The notes: generated by a model not told the origin, from the sequence alone. A stretch of 64,000 bases of DNA from an uncultured Alphaproteobacteria bacterium (GCA_934254925.1 CAKQMD010000002.1:17841-81840), one strand, 5' to 3'; positions 1 through 9,936 are shown, numbered from the stretch's first letter. Numbers and translations are program-made.

Positions 1-829
1 AGGCAAATTTAAGAAAGACAAAGCATGATTTCGGGAAAGAGTATCGTTATTAGCAAGTGCATACTTCAATTCCCTTTCCACCAAATAATCTGTCAAACGG
101 GTTAGCTGCCTAGCTTGAGTGTAACCAATACCATAGTCTTCAGTCAAAATTTCCTTTTTGGTACGTAATTCAGTTAACACTTTATCTAAGTTTGCTGTAT
201 TGCGTTGCTTCTTTTCATTGTCATTTGCAGCTTCCAAGTCGGTGCGCTTACCCATGCGGGTTACAATTTTACGGATCTCATTGCCTAACTGTACCTCTCC
301 TTTGAGCCAAAGATAACCGTATTCTTGGGCACGTTTTAAGAAATACGTTCTGGTCTCAGGCGGTAGAATTTTTCTCTTTGCTAAAGCTCCGGCTGTTGAA
401 GCGTGCCCCTGACTAACCGTAATAAACTTAGTTAAATCCGTTAAATCTGTAGGTATGGATACTGACTTGCTGTTTCCAGAACACAGCTCCGCCAATTCTT
501 TTTTGGAGATGTGAGTTTTTTTAGCAACTTCGTTAATATCAATATAAACTTGAGGGAGACTGTTTTCTTCATCAATAGCATTTTCAACGACAGCAGGACA
601 CCCAAAATTTGCAGGTCCCGGATAATCACCGCCGTTATCATCACCGTTATTATCGTTTTGAGCTTGTTGTTTTCTGAATACATCTGCCCGGTCAAGCATT
701 GTTTCAAGTACACTGCTTTGACCCCGTGTCTCTGTTACTTCACTATATCCAGCCTGAAAATCTGCACCGGATGCGTTTTGTAAAATTTCACCGTTTTGGT
801 TGGCTACGGTTTTTAATTTTTCTTTTGCC
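1..829 (-). CDS. Hypothetical protein, partial (the N-terminal ~276 aa lie in the window and the C-terminus lies beyond the window start)
   Basis: An open frame runs from ATG (complement of 827-829) to position 1 with no stop. It translates as MAKEKLKTVANQNGEILQNASGADFQAGYSEVTETRGQ.... It is absent from the ORF track because it is incomplete. The region appears AT-rich (~40% GC) against ~50% elsewhere. Confidence 0.45.
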
Positions 830-977
830 ATATTTTTTTATCCTTTCCTTATGGCGTTATACCTTCCCAGCTATTTTAGCCTTCGCTTGATATCTCAGCT
901 TTTTTGCTGATAAGAAAAGAATAAAAGGAAAAAGAAATTTATGTAAAAACACTCAAAATGACGGTTTTTGTTTGTAA

Positions 978-2192
978 CTATTTGTTTTTGCGATTTTTAT
1001 AGCGACTTATTCTCTTAATCTCAGGAAGTTCAGCTAAGTATTCCAAATCAGGTATATAATATTGAGGAGCCTGAGGGGAATATTCAATATGGCTACAACT
1101 TCTCCAGTTTTTCATCAATTCGCTTGTTTCGCCAATATGTGAGTAAAACGCCTTTTGACGTATGTTTAATATGGCTAAGGCTGTTTGACGATTACACCAA
1201 TTAATGTATCCTTTTTTTTCGTAATTAACGTCAGAATGAGGTTTTAAAATTTTATAATAATATTGTTTTAGGCACTCATTGGTGGCACTTATACTATAAT
1301 ATGATTGAAGTACCGTTTTATGTGGATAACTTTTTTTGTATTTTTCTAATAAATTAATACCAGATGTTTCAGAAATATTGAAAATTTCAGCCAAGTTACG
1401 TATGGTTAAAGTATATTCAGGATCATCATATCTAAGGGCTAAATCAGTTTTAACAGCAATTTCCATGGGACGATTTCCTGTAACCTCATGAACTATATCA
1501 TAATTTTTAGGTTCTTTTGCAGGATTTTGAGTTCTTACTAAATTTATAAACGTATTACTTCGATAATCATATTGTGTTGATCTTGTTTGAGTATACAAAA
1601 AGTTGCAATAATGGACTAAAGCCGTTTTTTCTAACTTAGCGCTTTGGTAAGGGTATATAATATGTAATGCAGCGTCATATACGGACGAAATCTTTATATG
1701 ATTTTCAACAATAATTTTTTCTATTTTACTTAAAAAGTTTTGGATTTCTTCAGAGAAAGGATGTATTGACTGTCTATCTCTTTTATAACAAAACGAATTA
1801 AACAGTTGAACATAATCACGAAGATTTTCAAAACTAACCGAATCAATCTGAAAATCACCTTCATAACAATAAAAATATAATTTTACAGTCTGGTTATTAT
1901 TTAAGTGTCTTGATGTATTTATAGCTTCGAAAATTCGCGAAAAATAATCCAACGCATGCCATATTGTTACTCTATCTATATAATATTCTTTATTAGATAA
2001 TTCATAGGATTTGATAAGCAACGGCATTAAATTTTCAGCTAAAAAGCCCAAATAGTTATTGTTAAAATGAAAATTTTCTTGAACAAAATTTTTCTTACAA
2101 AGAGTTATTATCCGACGAATATAAGTATCAATGGTACTGTCTTTACGATTTTCGGATAACCATTTTCTAAAATTTTCTTCCAAGCCAATCAT
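978..2192 (-). CDS. Hypothetical 404-aa protein, N/Y/K-rich, in an AT-rich island
   Basis: Long intact ORF in the clearly lowest-GC stretch of the window. I recognise no conserved motif. It is followed by about 460 bp of AT-rich non-coding DNA up to tRNA-Gln. Confidence 0.55.
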   Translation of the reverse strand: MIGLEENFRKWLSENRKDSTIDTYIRRIITLCKKNFVQENFHFNNNYLGFLAENLMPLLIKSYELSNKEYYIDRVTIWHALDYFSRIFEAINTSRHLNNNQTVKLYFYCYEGDFQIDSVSFENLRDYVQLFNSFCYKRDRQSIHPFSEEIQNFLSKIEKIIVENHIKISSVYDAALHIIYPYQSAKLEKTALVHYCNFLYTQTRSTQYDYRSNTFINLVRTQNPAKEPKNYDIVHEVTGNRPMEIAVKTDLALRYDDPEYTLTIRNLAEIFNISETSGINLLEKYKKSYPHKTVLQSYYSISATNECLKQYYYKILKPHSDVNYEKKGYINWCNRQTALAILNIRQKAFYSHIGETSELMKNWRSCSHIEYSPQAPQYYIPDLEYLAELPEIKRISRYKNRKNK

Positions 2193-2658
2193 AAAAAAAC
2201 TCCTAATTTTATCTTATATTATCAAGATTTAAGAAAACGTAAAGCCCAAAATATATAAGAATAACCTTTGACTTAGCTATATCATAGGTTGTAAAAACAT
2301 AGCCTACTAAAAAAGGCTGGAGTCATTTTCTATCTCACGCGTTATAAGGGCTAGTTAAAAAATGGCTTTTTTTGAAGAGATGTTGTTTAAGCAGAAAAAA
2401 ATTTAAGAGCAAAAATAAATCATCGTCAACGTCAAAAACTTTTATTTTAGGCAGGCTTCAAATCCGGCTTTGGATAAATGATAATCCCAAAAGGCTATGA
2501 AAGAATGCCTTTAGTTAACTTATTGAAAAATAAGAAAAGTCATAAAAAGTAGTCCGAAGATGATTCATATTTAAGCCTGTAATGATATAAATTTTCGGAC
2601 TCGGTTAAGTTGTTGATTTATAAAGAAAAAATCGCCATTTCTGACGATTTTTGAACTG

Positions 2659-2733
2659 TGGCTGGGGTGGCTGGATTCGAACCAACGAATGACGATACCA
2701 AAAACCGTTGCCTTACCACTTGGCGACACCCCA
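2659..2733 (-). tRNA. tRNA-Gln (anticodon UUG)
   Basis: The reverse complement reads TGGGGTGTCGCCAAGTGGTAAGGCAACGGTTTTTGGTATCGTCATTCGTTGGTTCGAATCCAGCCACCCCAGCCA. It has a U1:A72 acceptor stem and anticodon loop TTTTGGT, and is near-identical in layout to E. coli tRNA-Gln. CCA is encoded. Confidence 0.85.
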
Positions 2734-2922
2734 AATAAAGTTGCCGTTTTTATCAACTTAATGATCGGAACCGGCAATCCGGCAGCGACCTTCGAAAAAT
2801 CTCTCCAGCAGCCGCAGTAAGTCTAACCGAACGGGCAAGCGTTGTTTAGAATTACGTTTGTGGTCATATATCTATGACAGTTTTTTGCTTTTGGCAAGAG
2901 TTTTTTTTAGTTCGTTCATAAT

Positions 2923-3783
2923 TTACTTGGTTAAAAGCTTTTTCTTTTCTTCTTTTCCCTTTAGAATATCCAGATCTCTTTCCGTTGCGATTTTGTGCAA
3001 TATGGTTTTGACGACGGTATCGATTTGTTTGCCTTCGCTATAATCTGCGGGGAGGGCAAAATTGACCCGGTTGTCGCTTAAGAGTTTGATGGCAGTTTTT
3101 TTGTGTCGGCTTTTGGGTTTGTAAACGGCAATGGCATGGCCGTTACGTTCTTTAGTCAGTTTCATGGAGGGGATGTCGGTCATGCCGTCACCGAAATAGA
3201 TCATGCGGGTGAAAGGGATGGGGCGTTCGTCATCGGGGGTGAATTCGTTAACGGCACGATCGTCGAGTTTTCCCAGACCTTTGTTGATTTTCGAAAGGTA
3301 TTGGGTTTTGGTGGTATAATTGACAATCCTTGCCGGCCAGATGGGGCAGCCGCCTTCGTTATAAGCGTAAGAGCAGGCGAAAACGTCTTTGAAGTAGCGG
3401 CGGATGGAGCTGCCTTCGATGATGGCTTCTATGCCGGCGGAGATGATGTAATGCTCAATGTCCAGTTCAAGGGTTTTGCCGTATTGGTTAATGCGGTCAA
3501 ACCATTCTTCCACGCCGGCGTAGTATTCTATGTTTTGACCAATTTGCCGCAAGCTTTCCCGTGTTAGGCAGATGCCTTTTTCCTCTGCCATTTTCTTAAT
3601 ATAATACATGGTTCCGGTGATTTGGTCCACTTGATTTTCCAGGGCCCAGGCATTGGCTTTGCGCCAGAAGGTTTTGGGTTTCATGCCGAATTCGGGAATG
3701 AGGGCATAGTCTTGCATATAGGTGGTACTGAGGGTTTCGTCAAAGTCATAAATAAAGGCGACTTTTGTCGGTTTTAAGACCAT
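2923..3783 (-). CDS. HAD-superfamily hydrolase
   Basis: An N-terminal FIYDFDETL (DxDxT) motif I lies in a 286-aa ORF. A GDGMTD motif follows later in the sequence. Confidence 0.7.
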   Translation of the reverse strand: MVLKPTKVAFIYDFDETLSTTYMQDYALIPEFGMKPKTFWRKANAWALENQVDQITGTMYYIKKMAEEKGICLTRESLRQIGQNIEYYAGVEEWFDRINQYGKTLELDIEHYIISAGIEAIIEGSSIRRYFKDVFACSYAYNEGGCPIWPARIVNYTTKTQYLSKINKGLGKLDDRAVNEFTPDDERPIPFTRMIYFGDGMTDIPSMKLTKERNGHAIAVYKPKSRHKKTAIKLLSDNRVNFALPADYSEGKQIDTVVKTILHKIATERDLDILKGKEEKKKLLTK

Positions 3784-3872
3784 TGTTGATTATCTCCACT
3801 TGCTTTTTAAGAATAAACATTATAAAAGGGATTAGTTAAGATTTGTTATATTTTCAAAGAGGATGAATTAAA

Positions 3873-5234
3873 ATGGTTGCAAAAACGATGGATCAGTTGG
3901 TGGCGCTGTGCAAACGCCGGGGGTTTATCTTTCAAAACTCGGATATTTACGGCGGTTTGCAGGGTGTTTATGACTACGGTCCCTTGGGTGTGGAGTTGAA
4001 AAACAATTTGAAACAGGCCTGGTGGCGCTCGATGGTTTATGAACGCGACGATGTGGAAGGCTTGGATGCTGCCATTTTGACCAATCAGAAGGTTTTACAT
4101 TATTCCGGACATGAAGACACTTTTTCCGACCCGATGACGGATTGTCGCAAGTGCAAAGGGCGTTTTCGGGCCGATCATATTAAAGACGGCAAATGTCCCA
4201 ACTGCGGGTCGACCGATTTGACCGAACCGCGGCCGTTCAACCTGATGTTTAAAACTGCCATCGGGCCGGTCGACGATGGTTCTTCTTTCGGATATCTGCG
4301 TCCGGAAACGGCTCAGGCGATCTTTACACAGTTTAAGAACGTGGTGGATGCCACGTCACGCAAGCTGCCTTTCGGTATTGCCCAAATCGGAAAATCTTTC
4401 CGCAATGAGATTACGCCACGCAATTTTATTTTCCGGGTGCGGGAATTTGAACAAGCCGAGCTTGAGTATTTCGTGATGCCCGGTGAAGACGAGAAATGGC
4501 ATGAACTTTGGAAAGATGAGCGCGTTAAATGGTGGGAAGAGCAAGGCCTGAAACGGGAAAACATCAATATTTATACCACACCGAAGGAGGACTTGGCACA
4601 TTATGCCAAGGCTTGTTACGATATCGAATATCGTTTTCCGCACGGTATGGAGGAGTTGGAGGGAATTGCCAATCGTACGGATTATGATTTGGGTAATCAT
4701 ACCAAGGCTCAGGAAGAAATGGGTCTGACTTCGCATTGCCATGAAAACAAAGAATCAACGCAGAAACTTTGCATTATGACGGATGACAATAAATGGGTGA
4801 TTCCTTTTGTGATTGAACCGTCCATGGGGGTTGACCGCGGCGTTTTGGCCGTTATGACAGAGGCTTATGAGGAAGAAGACCTCGGCGGCGGAAACAGCCG
4901 CGTGGTGCTTAAACTGAAAAAGCACTTGGCACCAATCAAGGTGGCCGTGATTCCTCTGAAGAAGAATAATGAGCAGATTATGGCCAAATGTCATGAAATT
5001 AAGAAAAACCTGCTTAAGCTCGGAATTGGACGCGTGGCTTTGGAAAATACCGGAAACATCGGCAAGGCCTATCGTCGCCATGATGAGATCGGGACACCGA
5101 TTTGCATTACCGTTGATTTTGAGACGATTGAGCAACAGCCGGAATCCGTAACCATCCGCGACCGTGACACGATGGAACAGCATCGGGTTAATGTGGCAGA
5201 TCTGCCGGCTTATCTCCGCGACTATTTTGCTTAA
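3873..5234 (+). CDS. glyQS: Glycine--tRNA ligase, dimeric alpha2 type
   Basis: The 453-aa ORF carries class-II aaRS motifs ([25 protein letters not shown]) and a C-terminal anticodon-binding domain typical of alpha2-type GlyRS. Confidence 0.88.
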   Translation: MVAKTMDQLVALCKRRGFIFQNSDIYGGLQGVYDYGPLGVELKNNLKQAWWRSMVYERDDVEGLDAAILTNQKVLHYSGHEDTFSDPMTDCRKCKGRFRADHIKDGKCPNCGSTDLTEPRPFNLMFKTAIGPVDDGSSFGYLRPETAQAIFTQFKNVVDATSRKLPFGIAQIGKSFRNEITPRNFIFRVREFEQAELEYFVMPGEDEKWHELWKDERVKWWEEQGLKRENINIYTTPKEDLAHYAKACYDIEYRFPHGMEELEGIANRTDYDLGNHTKAQEEMGLTSHCHENKESTQKLCIMTDDNKWVIPFVIEPSMGVDRGVLAVMTEAYEEEDLGGGNSRVVLKLKKHLAPIKVAVIPLKKNNEQIMAKCHEIKKNLLKLGIGRVALENTGNIGKAYRRHDEIGTPICITVDFETIEQQPESVTIRDRDTMEQHRVNVADLPAYLRDYFA

Positions 5235-5249
5235 GCTTTGTCTGTAAAG

Positions 5250-5279
5250 AAAAAGCCGGGAAGTTTCCGGCTTTTTTTG
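5250..5279. terminator. Bidirectional rho-independent terminator between convergent glyQS and the VirD4 operon
   Basis: AAAAAGCCGGGAAGTTTCCGGCTTTTTTT: a GC stem flanked by A-run and T-run. Confidence 0.6.
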
Positions 5280-5311
5280 ATGCGAAAGGGGACTGATGCG
5301 AAATGAGGCTT

Positions 5312-5755
5312 TTAGGACAGGCGTGACAATTTGACGAATTCCTGCAACAATTCGGCAAAGGCGGAAACTTCCAGTCGGCGTCGCAGGTTGATGCGGTCTA
5401 TCAGAGCATAAGAATTGTCTTCGGCATGGTAAATGATGACGCTTTCGGAGGTTCGGCCGAGAATCAGGCGGGAACGGAAAAAGTCGTAGCGTTTGTAGGG
5501 CTTGTTCATTGAGACGAGGTCAGGAAAAGTATAGTCTCCGCTGGTTCTTAAATGCGGCTGACATGAGAAAAGTTCAATGCCGTCAAAGCTGAGGCCGTCG
5601 GAGAGACCGAGAAAGGCGGCATAGGCGTCGGGGATCGGCGGCGAATCGTTTTGGCAAAGGGTTTTACTGCAGTTTTTCAGATCTTGCGCGGCGGCGGGAG
5701 CGAAAGAGACACAGCCGGGTTGGGATTTGAATTTGGCAAGCAGTTTATCAATCAT
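5312..5755 (-). CDS. SUKH-1 (SMI1/KNR4)-like immunity-type protein
   Basis: The ~147-aa protein carries the motif PIPDAYAAFLGLSDGLSFDG (cf. the LPxDYxxFLxxxNGG of SMI1/KNR4). Its C-terminal ...LGRTSESVIIYHAEDNSYALID...SAFAELLQEF resembles the SUKH C-terminal core. The in-frame ATG at 5753-5755 overlaps the last codon of the upstream gene (ATGATTGA), so that is the likely start rather than the TTG at 5773. Confidence 0.5.
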   Translation of the reverse strand: MIDKLLAKFKSQPGCVSFAPAAAQDLKNCSKTLCQNDSPPIPDAYAAFLGLSDGLSFDGIELFSCQPHLRTSGDYTFPDLVSMNKPYKRYDFFRSRLILGRTSESVIIYHAEDNSYALIDRINLRRRLEVSAFAELLQEFVKLSRLS

Positions 5756-6335
5756 GATAAATTTTTCCTTCAAACCAGGGAATGTAGATCAGGTAACGGT
5801 TTTTCAAAAAGCCGCTTTCAATCTGAAGGTCAAAAAGATGATGGAGGCGGGCATGGACAGGATGGGTTTTGACCAAAGAAAAATTGTCGGGTTCCAGACT
5901 GCCGCCGAAATCAAACGGAATCTTCAGATGAGTATTGAAATTTTCGGGGGCATAGCCTTGTTTGAGCTGGTGAATGGCCATATTGTCAAGTCCGAGGCTT
6001 AAGCAGGCTTCGGTTTCCTCGTAGGCTAGGCGTTTGAGGAAAACGGCGCGGGCTTTGATGTATTCCTCAAAACTGCGTTCCATCTCCGGCCAGGTTTGCG
6101 GCGTATAGTCACGGAGCCGTAGCGTGATGTCTTTGAGGCGGTATTCGGCAATTTTTTGCTGCAGGAGAGCCTGCATCTCTTCCGGGTGGGGAATATTTTC
6201 TCCGTCTTGCCATCTGGTTTCCAAGGGCTTATGTCGCCGGCGCAGGTCCTCATAGGCTCGGAGAAGGGACGTCGGCTGCCGGGGAGCGGTCGAAGAAGAG
6301 GGCGATTGCCGACGATTTTTAGTCCAGTCCCACAT
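5748..6335 (-). CDS. Putative toxin-like protein with an HNH/betabeta-alpha-Me-like motif
   Basis: The 195-aa ORF starts 16 nt after the VirD4 stop with a GGAAG RBS. Its C-terminal stretch AIHQLKQGY...FDFGGSLEPDNFSLVKTHPVHARLHH matches the GG-x-DN-x-H-x3-H spacing of HNH nucleases (the colicin DNase and AHH/SHH toxin families). The overlapping downstream SUKH-like gene fits a toxin-immunity pair. Confidence 0.4.
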   Translation of the reverse strand: MWDWTKNRRQSPSSSTAPRQPTSLLRAYEDLRRRHKPLETRWQDGENIPHPEEMQALLQQKIAEYRLKDITLRLRDYTPQTWPEMERSFEEYIKARAVFLKRLAYEETEACLSLGLDNMAIHQLKQGYAPENFNTHLKIPFDFGGSLEPDNFSLVKTHPVHARLHHLFDLQIESGFLKNRYLIYIPWFEGKIYHD

Positions 6336-6350
6336 TTGGTCGCTTCCGTT

Positions 6351-8576
6351 TTATGAATCCGCCGGCGGCGGCGTTTCTTCCAATTCCTCGTCAGTAAATT
6401 CGGAATCGTCAAAATCTTCCTCAGGGTCGTATTCAATGCCGAGTTTGGCCAGCATGTCGTCATTAATGTCTTCGCGCTGGGCGACGATCCAATCCGGAAC
6501 GTAGGGGGCCGGCGGCAACTTGGCTTGAGCTTTCATTTTGGGGTCAAGATACCAGCGGGGCGAATCGGCCATAATCGGGCGATCGATAAAGCCTTGCATC
6601 AGGACGACTTGCTTAAGCATGGGCAGGCTGAGGAGCTGCGTGGCGCTGATGACGGAAGTCCCCTGCAATTGGTAAGTGACGTTTTTGGCAAAAGGATTGG
6701 CTGATTTGCTCATGCCTTCGCTCTTGGAATATGAGTTGGTTTGTACGGTTTTGTTGCCGATCATTTTTGAGAAGCGTTGAGCCGTCACCTCGTTGTTTTG
6801 GGAGAGGATGACCTTGCTGGCGGTGGTGGAAATGACGGTTTCAAGATCGTCTTTGCCGTATTTTCCCGAGATTTGTCCCAAGTCTTGTCCGATTAGCAGA
6901 TAGGAGACCTTTTGTCCACGTCCGACGGCGGGGCCGTTGATGACGGCGGTCAGCTTGGGCATGGTGGGGAACTCGTCCAAAACAAACAAAGCCGCATAGG
7001 GACCCATTTTGCCGTCCGTTTTATGAACGGAATTCGGGGTATTGGCAATGAGGTAGTTGGACATCAGGTCAATAAACGTTCCGGAGATGACCGACAAGGC
7101 CTTGGCGTCTACCTGGTTGATGGAAAGATAAACGGAGATAGGCTTCCATTCGCCGGTGATGGGGTCTTTCATGCCGCGGAGATCTTTAAAGGCGATGTCT
7201 GAGAAGCTGGTGCGCGCCACGACGGCGGAGTTTTTGAAAATCCCGATGCCGGAAAAAGCGGTGGACAAGACGGAACCGCGTTCTTTGTCGGGCATGGAGC
7301 TCAATTGGCTAAGCTCAACCACACAGCGCTGGGAATAGCCGAATTTGCGGGCTTCGGCGATGGCTTCCTCCAAAAGGTCGCGCATGGGGTCTGCCATGGC
7401 GGCCATTTGGTCGCCTTCTTCCAAACGGCGTTTGATGTCTTGCGATTGCTTGATCTGGGCTTCGGTGATCCATTCCAGAATCATGGCGATGCAGGCTTCG
7501 CGGCCGATCCATTTTTCCGGCAAGAGGGACCAGGTGCCGATGGGCAGGTAGTTGTCGATGGTCAGCGTGCCGTTGCGTAGGTCTTGAACGGCTCTGGCGG
7601 CCATGGGATCATGCATTTCAAGGTAATACCCTTCCAAGACCTTTTTGTCTTCTTCATCAAGTTTGCCTTCATAGACGCGGCCGATGAAATAGTCGTTGGC
7701 GCGGGCTTTTTCGCATTTGAAGGCGATGAAATGGATGAAGCCGGTCAGAGCGGCACGTCCGGTTTTGGACCAGTGCGGATCGGCGCCGCCTTTGGGATCT
7801 TCCACCAAAACGTTGGTCATGGAGTCAATATACATGTCGCGTTCCGGTCCGGGATCGGGGATTGCGTTGGGAGAAAGCGGGTTCCAGCTGGGATAGTAAA
7901 TCCCCTCGGCCGGGTTGTCTTCCGCGCCCCAGTTGATGACAAAGACCGGACCGACTTTGGCACGGGCGCCGGTGGTATTGTAGCACAGTTCGGGCTTGGG
8001 GTCGTTGACGATGATGCTGAGCTTGGGGGAATTGAAGATCGTTGGGATCACGATGCCGGCGGTTTTACCTGTTCCCGGAGGGGCGCAACACAAGGTGGAC
8101 AGGGTTTCGTTCATCATCAGCAGGTGGCCTTTGAAGCGGCCGAGAACAATGCAGAAACCTTCCAGCAGCTTCATTTTCTTAATGTCTTTCAGCGTGGCAA
8201 TGCGGCCGGCGCCGTGAATGTTGGATTGGAAGCGGTAGGGATTGGTGACAACGCCGACCAGCAAGCCGAGAGGAAGGCTAAGGAACGGCAGAATCGGCAG
8301 CCAAAGACTGAGGGAGAAGGGGCCGTTGTAGTTGTGGAGTTGTCCGAACCAATGCCAATAGCGGGAGAACAGATATCCGGGATCGGACAGAACAATGCCT
8401 AAAAAGCGCGAGACGCTTTGCAGCGACTGCTGCGAAAAGCCGGCACCGACCAAAAAGCCCAAAGGCAGGGCAATGACGGCAAGAAAGATCGTGACAAGCA
8501 GAGTTATGATTACGGTTAGGGCGACCCAACGGACTGCGCTGTTATATTCTTCCCATTCTTCACCGGTTTTAGCCAT
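6351..8576 (-). CDS. virD4: Type IV secretion coupling protein (VirD4/TraG/TraD family ATPase)
   Basis: The 741-aa ORF has N-terminal TM helices, Walker A LCCAPPGTGKTAG, a Walker B-like FVLDEFPTM, and an acidic C-terminal tail EYDPEEDFDDSEFTDEELEE. Confidence 0.85.
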   Translation of the reverse strand: MAKTGEEWEEYNSAVRWVALTVIITLLVTIFLAVIALPLGFLVGAGFSQQSLQSVSRFLGIVLSDPGYLFSRYWHWFGQLHNYNGPFSLSLWLPILPFLSLPLGLLVGVVTNPYRFQSNIHGAGRIATLKDIKKMKLLEGFCIVLGRFKGHLLMMNETLSTLCCAPPGTGKTAGIVIPTIFNSPKLSIIVNDPKPELCYNTTGARAKVGPVFVINWGAEDNPAEGIYYPSWNPLSPNAIPDPGPERDMYIDSMTNVLVEDPKGGADPHWSKTGRAALTGFIHFIAFKCEKARANDYFIGRVYEGKLDEEDKKVLEGYYLEMHDPMAARAVQDLRNGTLTIDNYLPIGTWSLLPEKWIGREACIAMILEWITEAQIKQSQDIKRRLEEGDQMAAMADPMRDLLEEAIAEARKFGYSQRCVVELSQLSSMPDKERGSVLSTAFSGIGIFKNSAVVARTSFSDIAFKDLRGMKDPITGEWKPISVYLSINQVDAKALSVISGTFIDLMSNYLIANTPNSVHKTDGKMGPYAALFVLDEFPTMPKLTAVINGPAVGRGQKVSYLLIGQDLGQISGKYGKDDLETVISTTASKVILSQNNEVTAQRFSKMIGNKTVQTNSYSKSEGMSKSANPFAKNVTYQLQGTSVISATQLLSLPMLKQVVLMQGFIDRPIMADSPRWYLDPKMKAQAKLPPAPYVPDWIVAQREDINDDMLAKLGIEYDPEEDFDDSEFTDEELEETPPPADS

Positions 8577-8590
8577 TTTTCATACTTCCT

Positions 8591-9877
8591 TTAAGCAATG
8601 CTGCGAATGATTTTCTTGATCTTTTCCAAAGTTTCTCGTCCGGCCTTGTTTTCGGCTTCATCCAGAGTCTTTGAGAACAAGTTTAATTCCTTCGGCGTTC
8701 CCCTGTCAATCCTGCAGACGGAAATATTCATGTCATTCCAGATGTCGAACATGTCTTCGGCATTGATGATGTTGCCGATCTGGATAATGACATAGGCTTT
8801 TATTTCCAAGGGAATGTCGGCTTCCGTCAGCTTTTCGGCCAGGGCATTGCGGGCGATATCGATTTTGCGGACCGGGGAAATGCGGTGCGAGCTTTCGGAA
8901 AACCACAAGGGTTCCTCATCGTTGAAGCGTTCTTCGTCGGCCAGCCAATCTCCCGGCTCTTTGTCATTGAGGCACAAGACGATTTCTCGGTCGGAAACCG
9001 CGACAAAATCGATCAGGATGTTTTTGACGGTGATGGCGCTGATGATATCATAGCCTTTTTGACGGATGACTTCATAAGTGGAATTGGAGGTTCTGCCGCC
9101 GGAATGGGCAAGCGGTGCCGCCGATATTGCGCTTGAGGCGGAAGCTGCCGGTTGTTGCTGGTTGCGGCGATTGTTGCCATTGTTACGGTTGCGATTGTTT
9201 TTGTTATTGGTTCGGCGTCCGGCAGGGGGAGCGTAGGGTTCGGGCAATGGGGGCGTCGGCGCCGTTTTTTCTTCTTCTTTTTCATCAAACATGTCGATGT
9301 TGAAGTCAAAGTCGTCGTCCTCGTTGTCAAACTGGAACAAGGAGTGGTCAAAAGTTGCCGGTTTGGTTTCCGTTACCGTCGGTGCGGTCAGAATCGGTGC
9401 TTGCGGAATAGGTTGGGGAGCTGGGCGTGCCGGCGAATCGTTATAAACGTTTTCGTTGATTGGCGGCCGGATGCTGCGCGGACGAATTTCTTTATAGGAC
9501 TTTTTCTTCTTGATCCCTTTGGAACCGGCGGTGCGGGTGATGATTTTTACCGGGCGGGCAAAGAAATGATTGAAGATCTTGAGCGGCAGAATAAAAAGAT
9601 CAGAGAAAATCCGGTTCCACTGAATCAGACTCAGCGCCGCCCAGCCAGTCAGCCAGAGCGGGATGAAAGTCAGAATGATGAGTACAAAAGCCCATTCCTT
9701 GGTGTCTTCAATAACCCAATTGGCGTCCCAGACTTCCCAGGCATGGTGCCAATGTGAGGGGCGGAAGATGTCAAAACGCCAGTTGCGCAGCAAAATGACT
9801 CTGATCCCTTCCAGAAAGAAGATGCTCCAGCAGATTCCGACGACAAAAATACGTATCAAAATCAATAAGGGTTTCAA
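8591..9877 (-). CDS. Membrane-anchored protein with a P/N/R/Q-rich low-complexity linker and a C-terminal globular domain (possibly PD-(D/E)xK/NERD-like)
   Basis: TTG start with a GGAG RBS. The N-terminal ~100 aa hold 2 TM helices with W-rich loops and are paralogous to the 164-aa product of the next gene. The linker reads PAPQPIPQAP...NNKNNRNRNNGNNRRNQQQ. The C-terminal ...ILIDFVAVSDREIVLCLNDKEPGDW... is reminiscent of nuclease-related domains; that assignment is tentative. Confidence 0.65.
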   Translation of the reverse strand: MKPLLILIRIFVVGICWSIFFLEGIRVILLRNWRFDIFRPSHWHHAWEVWDANWVIEDTKEWAFVLIILTFIPLWLTGWAALSLIQWNRIFSDLFILPLKIFNHFFARPVKIITRTAGSKGIKKKKSYKEIRPRSIRPPINENVYNDSPARPAPQPIPQAPILTAPTVTETKPATFDHSLFQFDNEDDDFDFNIDMFDEKEEEKTAPTPPLPEPYAPPAGRRTNNKNNRNRNNGNNRRNQQQPAASASSAISAAPLAHSGGRTSNSTYEVIRQKGYDIISAITVKNILIDFVAVSDREIVLCLNDKEPGDWLADEERFNDEEPLWFSESSHRISPVRKIDIARNALAEKLTEADIPLEIKAYVIIQIGNIINAEDMFDIWNDMNISVCRIDRGTPKELNLFSKTLDEAENKAGRETLEKIKKIIRSIA

Positions 9878-9936
9878 AGTCTTGTTTTCTCCGCATAATC
9901 TTTTTTATCCTAGGATAATCCAGATTGGTTAATAAG

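Noticed and set aside
6026-6463. 145-aa Arg-rich ORF on the minus strand spanning the virD4 3' end and the 195-aa gene
   Set aside because: It overlaps two better-supported genes in another frame. Its composition (R/P/K runs) is typical of an out-of-frame reading of GC-rich coding DNA.
7584-8402. 272-aa plus-strand ORF inside virD4
   Set aside because: Antisense to a strongly supported ATPase gene. Its G/A/V-rich low-complexity translation is typical of a GC-rich antisense frame.
9013-9757. ORFs 9013-9351 (minus) and 9152-9757 (plus) within the 428-aa gene
   Set aside because: These are alternative or antisense frames through the P/N/R-rich low-complexity linker. Poly-K/R/F runs are expected artefacts of that repeat-like DNA.
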